Part shown: piece by piece, positions 51,948-64,000 of the stretch | Layout of the letters: every line of letters begins with the position of its first letter | Numbering within the stretch: position 1 is the stretch's first letter | From: Azolla caroliniana | Taxonomy: Eukaryota > Plantae > Polypodiophyta | Length of the DNA: 64,000 nt | NCBI GenBank assembly: GCA_043228905.1 | Contig: JBHGNT010000002.1 | Span: forward strand, 16,492,001 to 16,556,000 | Reading direction: 5' to 3' | Notes under the pieces: generated by a model | Told to the model about the DNA's origin: nothing | The model's database searches: none | The model's input: the letters and a program-made list of their open reading frames with translations, nothing else | Made by a program: the position numbers and the translations under genes

Positions 51948-54900
51948 CTACAACACTATAGGCACTCGTAGTATTGTTCCATCCAACTCGGACAGTCGGT
52001 ACGTTCCGTTGTCGAAGACTTTCCGAACCTCGTATGGCCCGAACCACCTTTTCACGAATTTCCACATCGTTGTATGTTGATGGTCCAAACTACTGTCATA
52101 GACGATCACCCAATCTCCTTCTTCAATCCTCCTCAGTCGTAGTCGGTGCTTTGTGTCGAACCGGCTTTTGTTCCGGAATCGTGCTTCTTGTTGTCGGCGT
52201 ATTGCTTCCGCTATGTCTGCCGGTCTTCCCTCTAGTTGTCGTATCCGGACCGCTAGTAGTTCTTCCCGGCTCATCTCTTCCTTCCACGGTAGCACCTTCC
52301 ATGTTGCGATCGCAGTTTCCGTCGGCATTACCGGTGCTTGTCCGGTCATGAGTTCTGCCGGCATGTAACCGGTTACGGAGCTATGCGTCATCCGATCCGC
52401 CCATAGTGCATACGGAAGCATCTGCGGCCAGTCCTTCACCTTTCCATCGCATGCCTTCGCAAGTGCTTTCACGATGGGACTATGTCCTCGTTCGATTTTC
52501 CCGTTGGCCTCTGGATTGTATGTCGTTGTCAACGATAACCGAACTCCGTGTTTGGCGAAGAATCCCCTAGCTTTGTCCGAGTCGAGTTCTCCCCGGTCCG
52601 CAATCACTTGTCCTACGCACCCGTACCTGCAAAATACTTCCTCCAAAAGAAATTGGCATACCGAGGAACACGTTTTCCTTTGAAGCGCTTGACCTTCTAC
52701 TTGATTCGTGAGATCTTCCCGAGCTAATACCAAATATTTCTTTTGTTCGATCCCGGTCGGCATGGCCACTATGTCGACCATCCACTTGAAGTTGATTGTC
52801 GGTGAGAATGTCGGATGTAACTCATCTCGATGTCGAACCCCGGAGTAGACTTGACATTTCTCGCAGCTTTCCGTGAATTCCGCGACATCTTTGTACATTT
52901 TCTTCCACCAATATTTTTGCTTGATCTTCACAAATGTTGCCCATGTTCCTCGGTGTCCAGCCCAATCGGATTCGTGAAACTCGGACATTATCCGGTTTCG
53001 TTGCTCTTTTGTCCCGACTACTCGAAGTGGTATACCATCCGGTCTTTTCGGCGCCCTCCATATTAATCCGTTTTCCAAGAAGAACTTTTGGACTTGCCTC
53101 TTCTTCCTTCGGATCTCGGCTCTTCTCCCTTTATCATTTGTTGAATCCTCGGCCTCTTGTAACATCTTTCCGATCATCAAGCTTTCTCCCTCGTATTCTT
53201 CTTCCCGGAATTCTCGGATTACGTTCACTCGGCATATTTGCTCCGACGAGAAGTAGTCTTCGGAAACTTCTTCATTATCCGATTCGGTTATGTCGTCTCC
53301 GAACCGAGCCCTTGATAACATATCCGCTACCGCTTTGTCCTTCCCCGAGATGTGTCGAACCTCCGGATTAAGCGACTTGACATATGCAACCCACCTTAGC
53401 ATAGCTGCATCCGGTATCGTACAACACCGCATCATCCCGAGTATCAGAAGACAATCCGTCTCGATCACCACTTCGGCTCCGATCAAATAATCCCGATCCG
53501 ATTTTATCGCCGACACGACTCCCCACAGTTCTCTTTTGACTTGTGCATATCCACGTTGCCTTTCGTTGAGAACCTTTGCTCCGAATCGGATCGGATACCG
53601 CGAACCATCCGAGTCGGCTTGATTGATGACCCACCCGATACCGGTTGGACTTGTATCAACCGTTACTATGATCGGTTGGTCGTACCTCGGCTTCTTAAGT
53701 GCTTCCGCCCTCCGAAGTGTCTTCTTCAATTTCTTCATGGCTTTGGTGTGTTCCGGTTTCCATTCGAATTTCTTACCTTTCCGCAACAAGTGGTAGAGCG
53801 GGTCCGCTATATGTGCATAGTGCGGAATCCATATGTGATAGAATGCACATGCACCGAGAAACCTTCGGACTTTGGATGTTGACTCGCATACTTCCTCCAT
53901 AGCTTGAATCACATCGATCTTTGTTGGTGACGGTCTTCGGCCGTAGGGCCCACATAGATGTCCGACCACCAATATTTCTTCTTGCCTGAATGCCGATTTC
54001 TCCCCGGAAAGTGTTAGGTGCACATCTTCTAGCTTTCGCAACACTTTCTCGCAATCATGAATATGGTCGACCACGAACTTTCGGCATCCCCGATCATCCA
54101 TAGTCTCATCTTTTTCTTCTACCACGCATCCTTTCATCGGAATGTCATCGAGGAACGGCATCGTTATCTCCCGAATGCAGTCTCGAAGCACCTTGTTCAT
54201 CTCGTTCATCATATGAGCAACCGAGTTTGTCGCTCCTTGTGGTAGTGTGCACATTCAGACTAATCCTATCGGTGTTCGCATGGTTGTGATGTCTCGGCTC
54301 TCCACGGCTAGTTGGAATTGGTCATACCCCGAGTATAGGTCTCCGATGGAGTATATCGCACGACCGGCAAAAGCTTCCGCAAATTTGTCCACTATCAGAC
54401 CGACTCCCGAGTTCCGGATCGTGACCTTATTCACCAGTTGCAAGTCTTGGATAAATCAGAGTGACCCATTCTTCTTCGGAACCGTAAACCATCGATTTGA
54501 GTACGGAGCAGTTGATGGCTCTAGAATCCCCATCGCCACCTTCTCCTTGAGCAAGTCAATGACTTTTGGAATATGCGCTCGTGGCACCGGAATCGGCTTC
54601 AGGTTCCACGGTACATGGTCAATCGTGAAGATCACCATCGGCTCCACTATTCTCGGATCGACACACCCTATCTCCCTTGATGTAAATGCAAACGCTTTGC
54701 CGTGTTGCTCCAACATCTCGTGAAACCGTTCTTCTTCTTTTTGTAATAGGAACCCACCTCCACCGATCCGAAGTTTCTTCCAGGTCTCATCCGTGAAGGC
54801 ATGTCCGATATCCACGGACTTCCGAAGTGTCGGATCTCCCGAGACTTCTTTCCTCTTTTGTTCGCTATCGGCGGGTAGTGGTCCCGCGGCCGGTTTCACC

Positions 54901-55316
54901 TTCTTCTCCACGGTCTTGTATTTCGTACTTACCATTGCTTCTTCTTTGCGGAGCATATCCGGCTCCATTTTCGCAATGATCTCGTACATCTCGACCGATT
55001 CCACCGGGACTACCCAGTTCCCTTGGCTTTTATCTTCCGCAAGCTCTTCAAGTCGTTGTAGCGTGCTCCCATAGAACACTTCTTCGACTATCCCCATGAT
55101 TTCTTCATCTTCTTTTATTATTGATGCCGACCGCAACTTATCCTCCACTTTTCGGTATCCTTTCTTCAATCCTCCGGTTACGGTCATATACGTAGATGCC
55201 TCATCCGGACCGATTCGTACATGTTTTGCTCCGAGAGTTTTCTTCCTGTGTGGGGTATTAGGGCTTCTCGGACTATCACTTCCCCACTCCGCAACAGTCT
55301 GCTTTAAAAATCCATT
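51948..55316 (-). pseudogene. W1 RT-RNase H-integrase frame, disrupted and 3'-truncated
   Basis: WFTVPKKNGSL, LPQGATNS and PFLDD RT; TVDTS RNase H; HESDWAGH...CEKC zinc finger; NPEANGKIERGH and WFGPY integrase. Confidence 0.92.
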
Positions 55317-56874
55317 CTCACTTGGGACAAGAGTTCCCTCTTGTTCCTTTCGTGATTTGCCGGCACCGTTAGGAATTGGACGGATTTCCCACCGTTTTGG
55401 CTCCGAATTCGCGCAAAAGCCGCACCGCTATCGAGCACCTTCGTCTCCATTCGTGATGCCGTGATAAAGGGTTGGCCGAGGATGACGGAATGTGAAACCT
55501 CATCTTGCACGAAGAAATTTTGGTCGATCTCGACATCCCCGATCTTCACCGTCACATCCGGACAAGCCGCAAATAGATCTTCCGTTGCTTTGGTGGCCGC
55601 CCGAATCTTCCATCCATGGTTGGTGTTAATAGGCCACTTCCCCTTCCGGTAGAACTCCTTGGACATCAAGTTGATCTCCGATCCGTGATCAATCAATGCT
55701 AGCACGGGTTCTTTGATGTTGCCGATTCGGACCGGAGTCTCCGTAGTTGCGCGTGCCCAATGTGGCCTTGTATAGTGGGAGTTCGGAATTTCGTCCTCCA
55801 CTTCGGTGTCGTTCATTAAAACGGTGTTTGCATTCACCCTTGGAGCATTTTCCTCCGTACTTTGTCTTTTTCGCTTCATGAGATCCACGAGAAGATCGTG
55901 GAATTCCGGAAGTTCGGTCGGAGTGGCTTCCGAGAGTCCATCGAATGAATCCGGTTTCCCTCGTGGTAGATGAGATCCCGCCGTAGCGCCTCCTTATGCT
56001 CGTCGCAATCCCTCCGATCGTGTTCAGTGCTATCGCACCATATGCACCGTCGGTCCGTATACTTGGAGCTTGTGGGGCGGTCATCCGACTTCTTCACCAT
56101 CGCGATCTTCAGATTCTCCATCTCCTTCAATAGTTGCTCCACCGTAGATGCATCAATCCCCTTCTCGGTTGTAGTCTCCCGAGCCCTTAGTTGATGGTCT
56201 TCCAATCCGGTCCTCGGTTTCAGAATCGGTTCCGAAACCCTCTTTTCCTCGTTGGCAAGCCATTGCCCCCTCTTCGTGTATCGCGCGACGATATCCTGCA
56301 CGCTTTCCCATGTTTCGGTGAGGCCACTCTCCGTGGTCGTGTCCTCCAAGAGCACTCCGAGATCTTTCCGGTCCCGGACGTCCACGGCTCGCAAGAACAT
56401 GATCACCTTGTCCGGTACGAGGATAGCTTGATCTCTCGCGGACAACCTCCCGAACTGGCTTTCGAATGCCGAAAACACATCAACGACCTTCAATCCCTTG
56501 TCCGGCGTCTCCACCCAATCTTCAAATCCCCTTCGCGTCGCCTTGAAGGAATCCTCGATGGCGAACGTCCTCTTTAGCTCTTCTTCAAACGCCTCCCATG
56601 TGGGATTTTGTTGTCATAGCCCATGGATGCTTGCTTCAAGCCCGTCGGTCGCCACCCGGTTGAAGGACGTCACTTGCAGTCCTTCCGATATTCCGCTTCG
56701 TAGCATCTCCGCCTTGTAGTCCCGAAGATACCGCGACACGTCTTTCCCGTTGAATTGCCCGTTTCGTTGCACGAGCCGCTCCACTGATGCCGCTATCTCC
56801 AACATCGCGCGTTGTTCTTGTAGCATGCGCTCGAACATCATCATCATGTTGCTAGCCTCCGGTTGATTTTCCAT
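55304..56874 (-). pseudogene. W1 gag-protease frame, disrupted
   Basis: FNGKDVSRYL gag, CIWCDSTEHDRRDC knuckle, ALIDHGSEINLM protease; apparent deletion near 55905. Confidence 0.88.
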
Positions 56875-57440
56875 CTCCTTGCCACCCGGTTTTCACGTCG
56901 GGTTCACCAACTGTGTCGTGCCTTTCGGCTCCGGATCGTTGCGTGAGTCGGATGGGAACCGCCGAGGTTTTTGACTAGGAGGAAGAGGAATACAAATTAA
57001 GGCTAGTTATGAATAGTGGAAAGAGAAGTAAGATAGCAATCTCGTGAATCCCACGAGTTTAGTGTATTTTAAACAATATTTAGATTATAAGAGTAATTTA
57101 GATGGAAAAATTCGTGAATCCCATGAATATATTAGATTAATCAATCCTTGTATATTAATCAACAACCTTATACATATTTCTCTCCTCCTTATATAAAGAA
57201 GGAAGAGGCTAAGCATGGCTTCATGCTTTTTCACCAAAAGTGTCCATGCACACTAAATGTGCATGTGATGCTTTGTCATTTCCTAAGTATAGGGCTCATG
57301 CACGCTAGATGTGCATGAGTCACTTTTAATGTCACGTGTAAATAAAATATTCACCCCCTAAAGAATACATGATTGTTACCTTTTAATAAAGGTATGTGTA
57401 AATAAAGGTCTTATATGTATTAAATCTACTAAAGATAAGT

Positions 57441-57505
57441 TATTACAATGGTAAAGTTGGGGTTTATCTACGTGGAGGTGCAAGGTTCGAATCTTGCCCT
57501 ATGCA
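57441..57505 (+). other. tRNA-like A/B-box module in W1 LTR U3 (antisense to element); second copy at ~51790-51855
   Basis: CAATGGTAAAG ... GCAAGGTTCGAATCTTGC hairpin containing GGTTCGAATC. Confidence 0.5.
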
Positions 57506-58952
57506 CGTGATAAATGTTTTGATATATTATTTATTTATTTATATGTATCTAAAATCGGATATATTATTTTATGGTTTTCACATAGTGTGTGGAATACACT
57601 ACGACAGCGCGCGAGAGGGGACGAAGTGCTGTCGGACTGGGACCGAGCCCTTCTCTGTCATTCTCCATAGCTTTCCTTTGCGCAGGTTCTCGAGAGGTTG
57701 ATTCTGCTCCGTGGAACGCCCGTGTGCTTCCGGCAGAATCTCCAACTTTCTCCCCTGCGCGCGTGGGTGATCAGGCGTCTGTATCCGTCTAGCCGACCTG
57801 ATCGGTTGTAACCGTTCGCGTCGTCTGCATACATATATTTATATACATACACTGGTGTTCTTATACTCTATTCCCCATTCAACTCGTGTCTCCTGTGTTG
57901 TTGGGGCGTGTTCCCATGCGCTTCTCTGTCTATACGTGTGTGAGCGTGTCTCTCTCTCTCTCCCTTTTCTCACCTATTCCTCGGTCCAAGAACCCAGTGG
58001 TCCCGCCTTGTTCTCCACGCACGCGCATAACAACGCGACAGCGTGCCGATTCGGACAAATCTGGATCCGGCAAAGCTCGCACTACGTGGAAGGATTGGAA
58101 GGATCCAGAACTAGGAAAACTGGTAAACGGCCAACCTTCATGATGAAGCACAAGGCTAACTCGATGAAGAAGACTACTTCCAAATCGGAGGATGTCTGGT
58201 ACATTGATTCCGGAGTGTCCAACCACATGACGAGCCATGAAGAGTGGTTCTCTTATTTGGAGAAGCTGGAACAACCGGGGATTGTCAAAACCGGAGACGA
58301 CACCCCTCACCCGATTGTGCATGTCGGAGAAGTCCCTTTAAGCCATGTCGGACAAAAGGAGAAGCTAATGAACGTACCACACATTCTAACTATCACAAAG
58401 AACCTGGTGTCAGTTGGACAAATCGTCGACCAGGGGATGCAGGTGTGGTTTACTTACCTAGGGTGCTTCATCGAGGAAGAAGGTTGGATACTTCCGCAAG
58501 GGCACAGAGAAGGGAGGATGTTCATCCTCAACACCAATGATGTTGGCACTGCCATGTTTGCCAAAGGGCAGAAGGTCGAGTCGGACATCGACCTGTGGCA
58601 CAAGCAGATCGGCCACGTCAACTACCGGAGGCTTCAGGACCTGCAATAGAAACAAGTTGTTTTCGGTTTCTCGAAATTCAATGGCCGGAAGGCCCAAATA
58701 TGTGAAGCCTGCCAACTTGGGAAGCACATCGGCTTCCATTCCCCACCGAACGAAACCGAACTTGTAATAAGCTCGATCTAATCCATTCCCCATTCGAATG
58801 TATGGGAACCGGCACAAAACGTTAGTCTTGGCGAGAGTCAATATTTTGTCTCCTTCATTGATAACTATAGCCGGCACACATGGATCTACCTCATCAAGAG
58901 GAAGAGCGAAGTCTTTGAGTGTTTCCGGAACCTTCAAAGCTTGGTTGAATGG

Positions 58953-61900
58953 TGTTACCAGCAGCTACCGAACACGAGAGAGAAAGAGAGAGAGAGAGAC
59001 CACACGCACAACACCGACTCAACACACACCTCCTAGGTACAAGAAACATAAGGGGTGGAGACACCCGACACTAACAGAGACGTGGATGCACACAACCAAA
59101 CATATATGTATATATTACAATGAAAGAGATACAACCCAATCGGTAGTCTCCTACCAAGCCGCTGAACGGGGAGCTGTTGGGCTCGTCACGTCGAGCGGGG
59201 TCTTGCACAGGGGGGGTTGAGCAGAAGCAAACCCTAAATAGACACGAACTCTCAACCCACACGACGACGATGACAAAGAAGAAGAAGTAGAACAAAAAAC
59301 TACCTAGTTAAAACCACCTAACCCTAATCTAACGATATACCCCTAACACAAAATGGGCAACCCTTTTACAAAGGGCGCTCCCTTCCTTTTATAGAACAAG
59401 GAGAGGGATGCGTAACAATGTGGGATAAATCTCTTATTACATGGGATCCTCTGTCCCGACTTAACTCCTATTATTCACACATTTTTACAAGGGTAAGTGC
59501 ACATGGTGCACTCCGCCGATTCTTCCGATATTCCCCGGTTTCTCACTATGGCCCGGAATCTTCACGACATCCGCCCCCACCAAACCGCACGTCCACCAGT
59601 ACGTGCCAAGTTCAGAGAAGTGTGAGAGATTCCCGCCGGTGAGGAACCGGTCTTCCGTAATCCACATTCCGGTTGCCGCATTGGCCTCGCTGGTCCGAAC
59701 CGTTGGTTCTGGTTCCTTCTCCGCGTTTGCATCACCGTAGGCTTGTCCGACCCGTCGATAGGTCAATCGCCGCGATCCCGTAGTGCATGTGCTCCCTTGT
59801 TGGCCCTTGTCTCGACCGCTTGCACGCTTCCCGTTCCTTCGGATTATGCGGTGTCCTTCGTCCGAGGAGCACCCGTGATGACCCGCCTAGCCTCCGTAGA
59901 CCTTCGCGTCGTCTTGGTTGCCGTCCCTTGTTGTTCGTCGCCTTCGTCCCCTTGCCGCCACCTTCCTTCTCCTTGGTCTTACGTTGCCGCGTCGGCTCGG
60001 ACTGCCAAGGTCTCGGGCCCTGGTGTGGAGGATCCCTCTCCGGCCTTCTACGCGAGATCACCTGAACCGGCAACCATCCTTCACGCCTCGCCGGCCCGAT
60101 ACCTCCTTGTTGCTCTTCCCCGTCGTCCGATCACATTCTCCTGCCGTCACCGTCCTTTCCTATAGGACTCACGGCGGCACTCGGGCCAACCGCCGGATCG
60201 GTGTGAGGATCTCGTGGGACCTCCCTTTCTGCCTTCGGTTGCCCGCCTTGCCGCCGCCACCGTTCTTTACTCTAGGTCTCACGCCGGCTCTCGGGCCGAC
60301 CGCTAGAGTGTCTAGAAACGGTGTGTGTAAGGTCGTGGTAGCACCGCTTGCCGTTTTTCTCTCGCCTTAGTCCGACCTTCGCGTCGGCCTCTTCTGCTGG
60401 TCACGTTCACCTGCCGCCACCGTCCCTTCCTATAGGACTCACGTCGGCACTCAGGCCGACCGCCGGATCGGTGTAAGGATCTCCATAGACTGCCCATCCA
60501 CAGTCCTTTTGCCTTTGTCCCCTCGCCGCCACTGTTCGTCACTGTAGGTCTCACGCCGGCTATCGGGCCGACTGCTGGAGCCTCTAGAACCGGTGTGAAG
60601 GATCCTCCTCAGGCTTGTCGTACCTCTGACCCTTATCCTGGGTCGTCTGTCTCCGCTAGTCGAGAGGGTGGCTCGCTCCACACCCTCTCCCGGGGTACCG
60701 ACGTACCGTGTTCCCAGCCTCTTCGTAGGCCTACTCTCTCCTCCCTCCCAGATCGGTTATCCAGAAGTCCGCTCTGCCCGGTTTTCGTCTGGGTCCATTC
60801 GTCATTCTTTGGATTGCCGAGTCCCGATCTCCTGCCGCCACCGTCAGTATCTTGGTCTTACGTCGGATCCGATGCCGACAATTGAAGTCTCTAGCCCGGT
60901 GTGAGGTGACCCATAGGACTGGTCTTCGTTCTCCGCTTCATCCCTTGTACTTCTCCCGAACTCGTCGTCGCTCTCCTTGCTATGCTCCCGCCTCCATCTT
61001 CCATCTCTTTCGGTTTCACGTTGCCACGCCGGCCGAACTGCTGAAGTCTCCGGACAAGATGTGGGGTAACCGATTTCGTAACGTCCTTCGGCGACTTGTC
61101 CCGGGCCACTGACCCTTTTAGTGGTGTCGGTGGATAGTATCCGCTCTGTGATCAACCAAGCCCGACCTGGGCTTGATTCTACATGTCCGGAGTTTCAGCT
61201 CCGATGTCGATCCTGCCGGACTCGTTCTAGACCCTTGATCACCTTCCTCTCGATTCCCGACCTTCGCCCGGTCGGTCTTTCTCCCCATGTAAAAGAGGGC
61301 GGCTCGTTCCGCACCCTCTCCCGTATCGGCACCTTCATGCCGATTCTGGCCCCGGTTGAACATTCCATGACCGGATCGCGCTCCACCCGAATCGGAGCGT
61401 CGCGCGGTTCAGTCCCCGGCCGGGTCGTTTCTTGGTCTCTTCATCGACCTTCTTGTGGGCCATCTCCCATCCATCTTCGCTGGCATCGTGCCAGGACTCC
61501 TTGACACCGTCATCCATGTCCTCGGTCTCATATGGGCGTAAGGGCCCGAATGTCGAGTTCTCCGAAATCGGTCCCGAGGGCTCTTGTTCGTTCCTTCCCC
61601 GTATCGTTTCGCTGGTGATTCTCGGTCTCTCGCCGCCGTCTTCCTCCTCTTGGGACTCACGTGGGCACTCGGGCCTGACTACCATCGTCTCGGGAGCAAG
61701 TGTGGGAAGACGCGTAGAATCGCCCATCCTATTTACGCCCTTGTCCGTAGCCATCGGCTCCTCGTGGTCGGTGGTCGTCCCTTTACCGATCGCACAAGCC
61801 CTGCCTGGGCTTGCTTCTCCAATGTCTGGAGTTCCGGGCTAGCATGCCCGAAACCGCCGGTCCCGACGTTCTGATTCTGTGATCGGTATCTCGGCCTTGT

Positions 61901-63607
61901 CCTTGGCCGTTCTATCTCCGCAAGCCGAGAGGGCGTTTTGTTCCGCACCCTCTCCCGTGGTACCATGGTACCGATCTTCTACCATCTCGTGGGGCAAGCT
62001 CGTCTCTCGGCGTCGGCTCGCGGCCTCGATCTTTCTTCTTCCTCGAGAATTGCCTCGAGAGCTGCGTACACCTTCGAATCCTGGCCCCGACACCGAGCCT
62101 TGCCGACTCTCTTTGCCGTTCGGCCTCTTCCCGCTGTGATGGCACACCGTTGCGCGCCTTCCTCTTAGCCTTCTCAGCTCACTCGTCATCTAGCCGATGG
62201 CATACCCTTTCGACCTTCGACCAATCCTCCATAAGGCCATTCGCTCCGTCCTCGTCTTCGAGCTCAATCCCGATGGCCCCCCGTTCCGCTTAGTCGATCG
62301 ACTTAACGAACAACAGGACTTTTCCGGCCCCCACCAAACTTTGTTCCCGCTCTGGGAGCTGAGCAAGCCGTCGCTCGAACTCTTGGAACGCCTTCATTGC
62401 GCCCCGGTGGGTCTTCGCTGATGCAACCCACTGGTCGAAGCCGCGTCGTCCCTGGCTCTTCTGACGTCCTCCATATGCCTGCAGGAGCGCTTCTTCGAAG
62501 GCCTCCCACAAACTATGAGCATCTCGGAGCTCCTTCACTTCCGCGTGCATACGGACAACGACGACCCGACAGAAGAACTCCAACCTCAACGCCTCGTCTA
62601 CGTCTCGCTCCTCCATTTCCACGTTGTAGGCTTCCAAGTAGAATGGGACCTTGTCCCCATTGAAATGGCTGACTCTTTCGACCACTCACTCAACAGCTTG
62701 TTGCGCCGTCTCTCTTCTTGTGGTTGCCCATCCAAACTCCCTCACCGCTTCGACAAAAAGTTGCGCGAAGTCGTCTTCTTCCAACTCCATTCTCCCTTGC
62801 CGCCCTTTCACGTCGGGTTCACCAAATATGTCGCGGTATTCGGTGGGTACGTGTAGGAAGGGGCAGGACCACGGGGGTCTCAGACGAGGAAGAGATGGGC
62901 GTCGAGAAGCCAACTTCTCTCCAATCCCGGCTGCACTGGTTGTGGCGCAGACAAGAGCGATTTTGGATGCGTACCGGCGGCTACCGAACACGGAGAGGAA
63001 GAGAGAGAGAGAGACCACGCGCGCAACACCGACTCAACACACACCTCCTAGGTACAAGAAACATAAGGGGTGGAGACACCCGACACTACTAGAGACGCGG
63101 ATGCGCACAACCAAACATATATGTATATATTACAATGAGAGATACAACCCCGACTTCGAGTCGGACCAAGGTAGGGTAGGGTGCAATTGGCAGTCTACTG
63201 CCAAGCCGCCGAACGGGGAGCTCTCGGGCTCGTCGCGCTGAGCGGGGTCTTGCACAGGGGGGGCTGAACAGAAGCAAACCCTAAACATACATGAACTCTC
63301 AACCCACACGACGACGATGACGAAGTAGAAGAAGAAACTACCTAGTTAAAACCACCTAACCCTAATCTAACGGTATACCCCTAACGCAAAATGGGCAACC
63401 CTTTTACAAAGGGCGCTCCCTTCCTTTTATAGAACAAGGAGAGGGATGCATAACAATGTGGAATAAATCCCTTATTACATGGGATCCTCTATCCTTACTT
63501 AACTCCTATTATTCACACGTTTTTACAAGGGTAAGTGCACATGGTGCACTCCGCCGATTCTTCCGATATTCCCCGGTTTCTCACTATGGCCCGGAATCTT
63601 CACGACA
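58953..63607 (-). mobile_element. Non-autonomous tRNA-Trp Gypsy element W2 (gag remnant only)
   Basis: 5' LTR at 62829-63607; 3' LTR at 58953-59569 (lacks about 140 bp near its end); PBS at 62807-62824 identical to W1; purine-rich GGTGGGGGCGGA before the 3' LTR; TSD ATGG/ACGG. ORF 62290-62685 (FNGDKVPFYL) resembles W1 gag; no pol motifs seen. Confidence 0.88.
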
Positions 63608-64000
63608 ACGGGAAATGGAGAGGAAGATCAAGTTCTTATGGTCGAATGGCGAAAAAGAATATTTTTCCAGCCAATTCAATAGTTATCTGCAGTAGAATGG
63701 AATTCAGAGAGAATTCAATTGTAGATACAAACCGGAGCAAAACGGTGTGGCCGAAAGGAAGAACCGGTCGATTGTCGACGCGGCAAGGGCAATGTTGGAG
63801 GAGAAGAGCATGCCCCATTTCTACTAGGCTGAGGCGGTCTGGATGGCCATCTACATCCAAAACCGGATCGGTGAGAAGGTGTCAGCACACGAGCTGTATT
63901 TCGGGCGCAAGACGAATTTGAGACACCTTCGGATATTTGGTAGCATAGCATATGTGCATGTACCAGATGAGAAGCGGAGGAAGCTAGATCCAAAGTCGGA

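Larger units (their letters stand above)
51252..57606 (-). mobile_element. Ty3/Gypsy element W1, tRNA-Trp primed
   Basis: LTRs at 51252-51955 and 56914-57606; 4-bp TSD GCGC; PBS TGGTGAACCCGACGTGAA at 56892-56909(-). Confidence 0.93.
50993..58040. mobile_element. Gypsy solo LTR (~690 bp: 50993-51251 plus 57607-58040) split by the 51252-57606 element
   Basis: TGTCG...CGACA termini; 4-bp TSD GCGT at 50989-50992 and 58041-58044. Confidence 0.85.
49723..64000 (+). mobile_element. Copia C7 (C1 family), runs off window; interrupted by Gypsy insertions at 50993-58040 and 58953-63607
   Basis: 5' LTR at 49723-50129; PBS TGGTATCCGAGC. Gag rejoins as WKKR|ADSD and integrase as LVER|EMER once the inserts are removed. 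Confidence 0.9.

Noticed and set aside
56892-56909. tRNA-Trp gene
   Set aside because: Only the 18-nt 3' end including CCA next to an LTR, so it is a PBS; the same applies to 62807-62824.
59732-62189. Many overlapping 70-150 aa ORFs in the W2 internal region
   Set aside because: Expected in GC-rich DNA; no recognisable motifs and no dominant frame.

Overview
Land-plant nuclear DNA (probably a non-seed plant; this is inference), mostly nested LTR retrotransposons. It holds at least 7 Ty1/Copia insertions (tRNA-iMet PBS, 5-bp TSDs) and two unusual Ty3/Gypsy groups. One group is tRNA-Trp primed, with 4-bp CG-centred TSDs, a fungal-like pol with a -1 frameshift between PR and RT, and antisense tRNA-like modules in U3. 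The other is a tRNA-Arg group in which three different family members lack a polypurine tract. In its place, directly before the 3' LTR, they carry a copy of the 3' part of tRNA-Arg ending in CCA, i.e. a second, inverted primer-binding site. Two members of this group also form one heterologous three-LTR insertion (35787-48134) under a single TSD. The only host gene recognised is an intronless IDA/IDL-type secreted peptide gene (27426-27692) in an AT-rich island of about 6 kb. All TE ORFs carry stops or frameshifts. Coordinates were read by eye, and tRNA and lineage assignments come from recall and need database confirmation.
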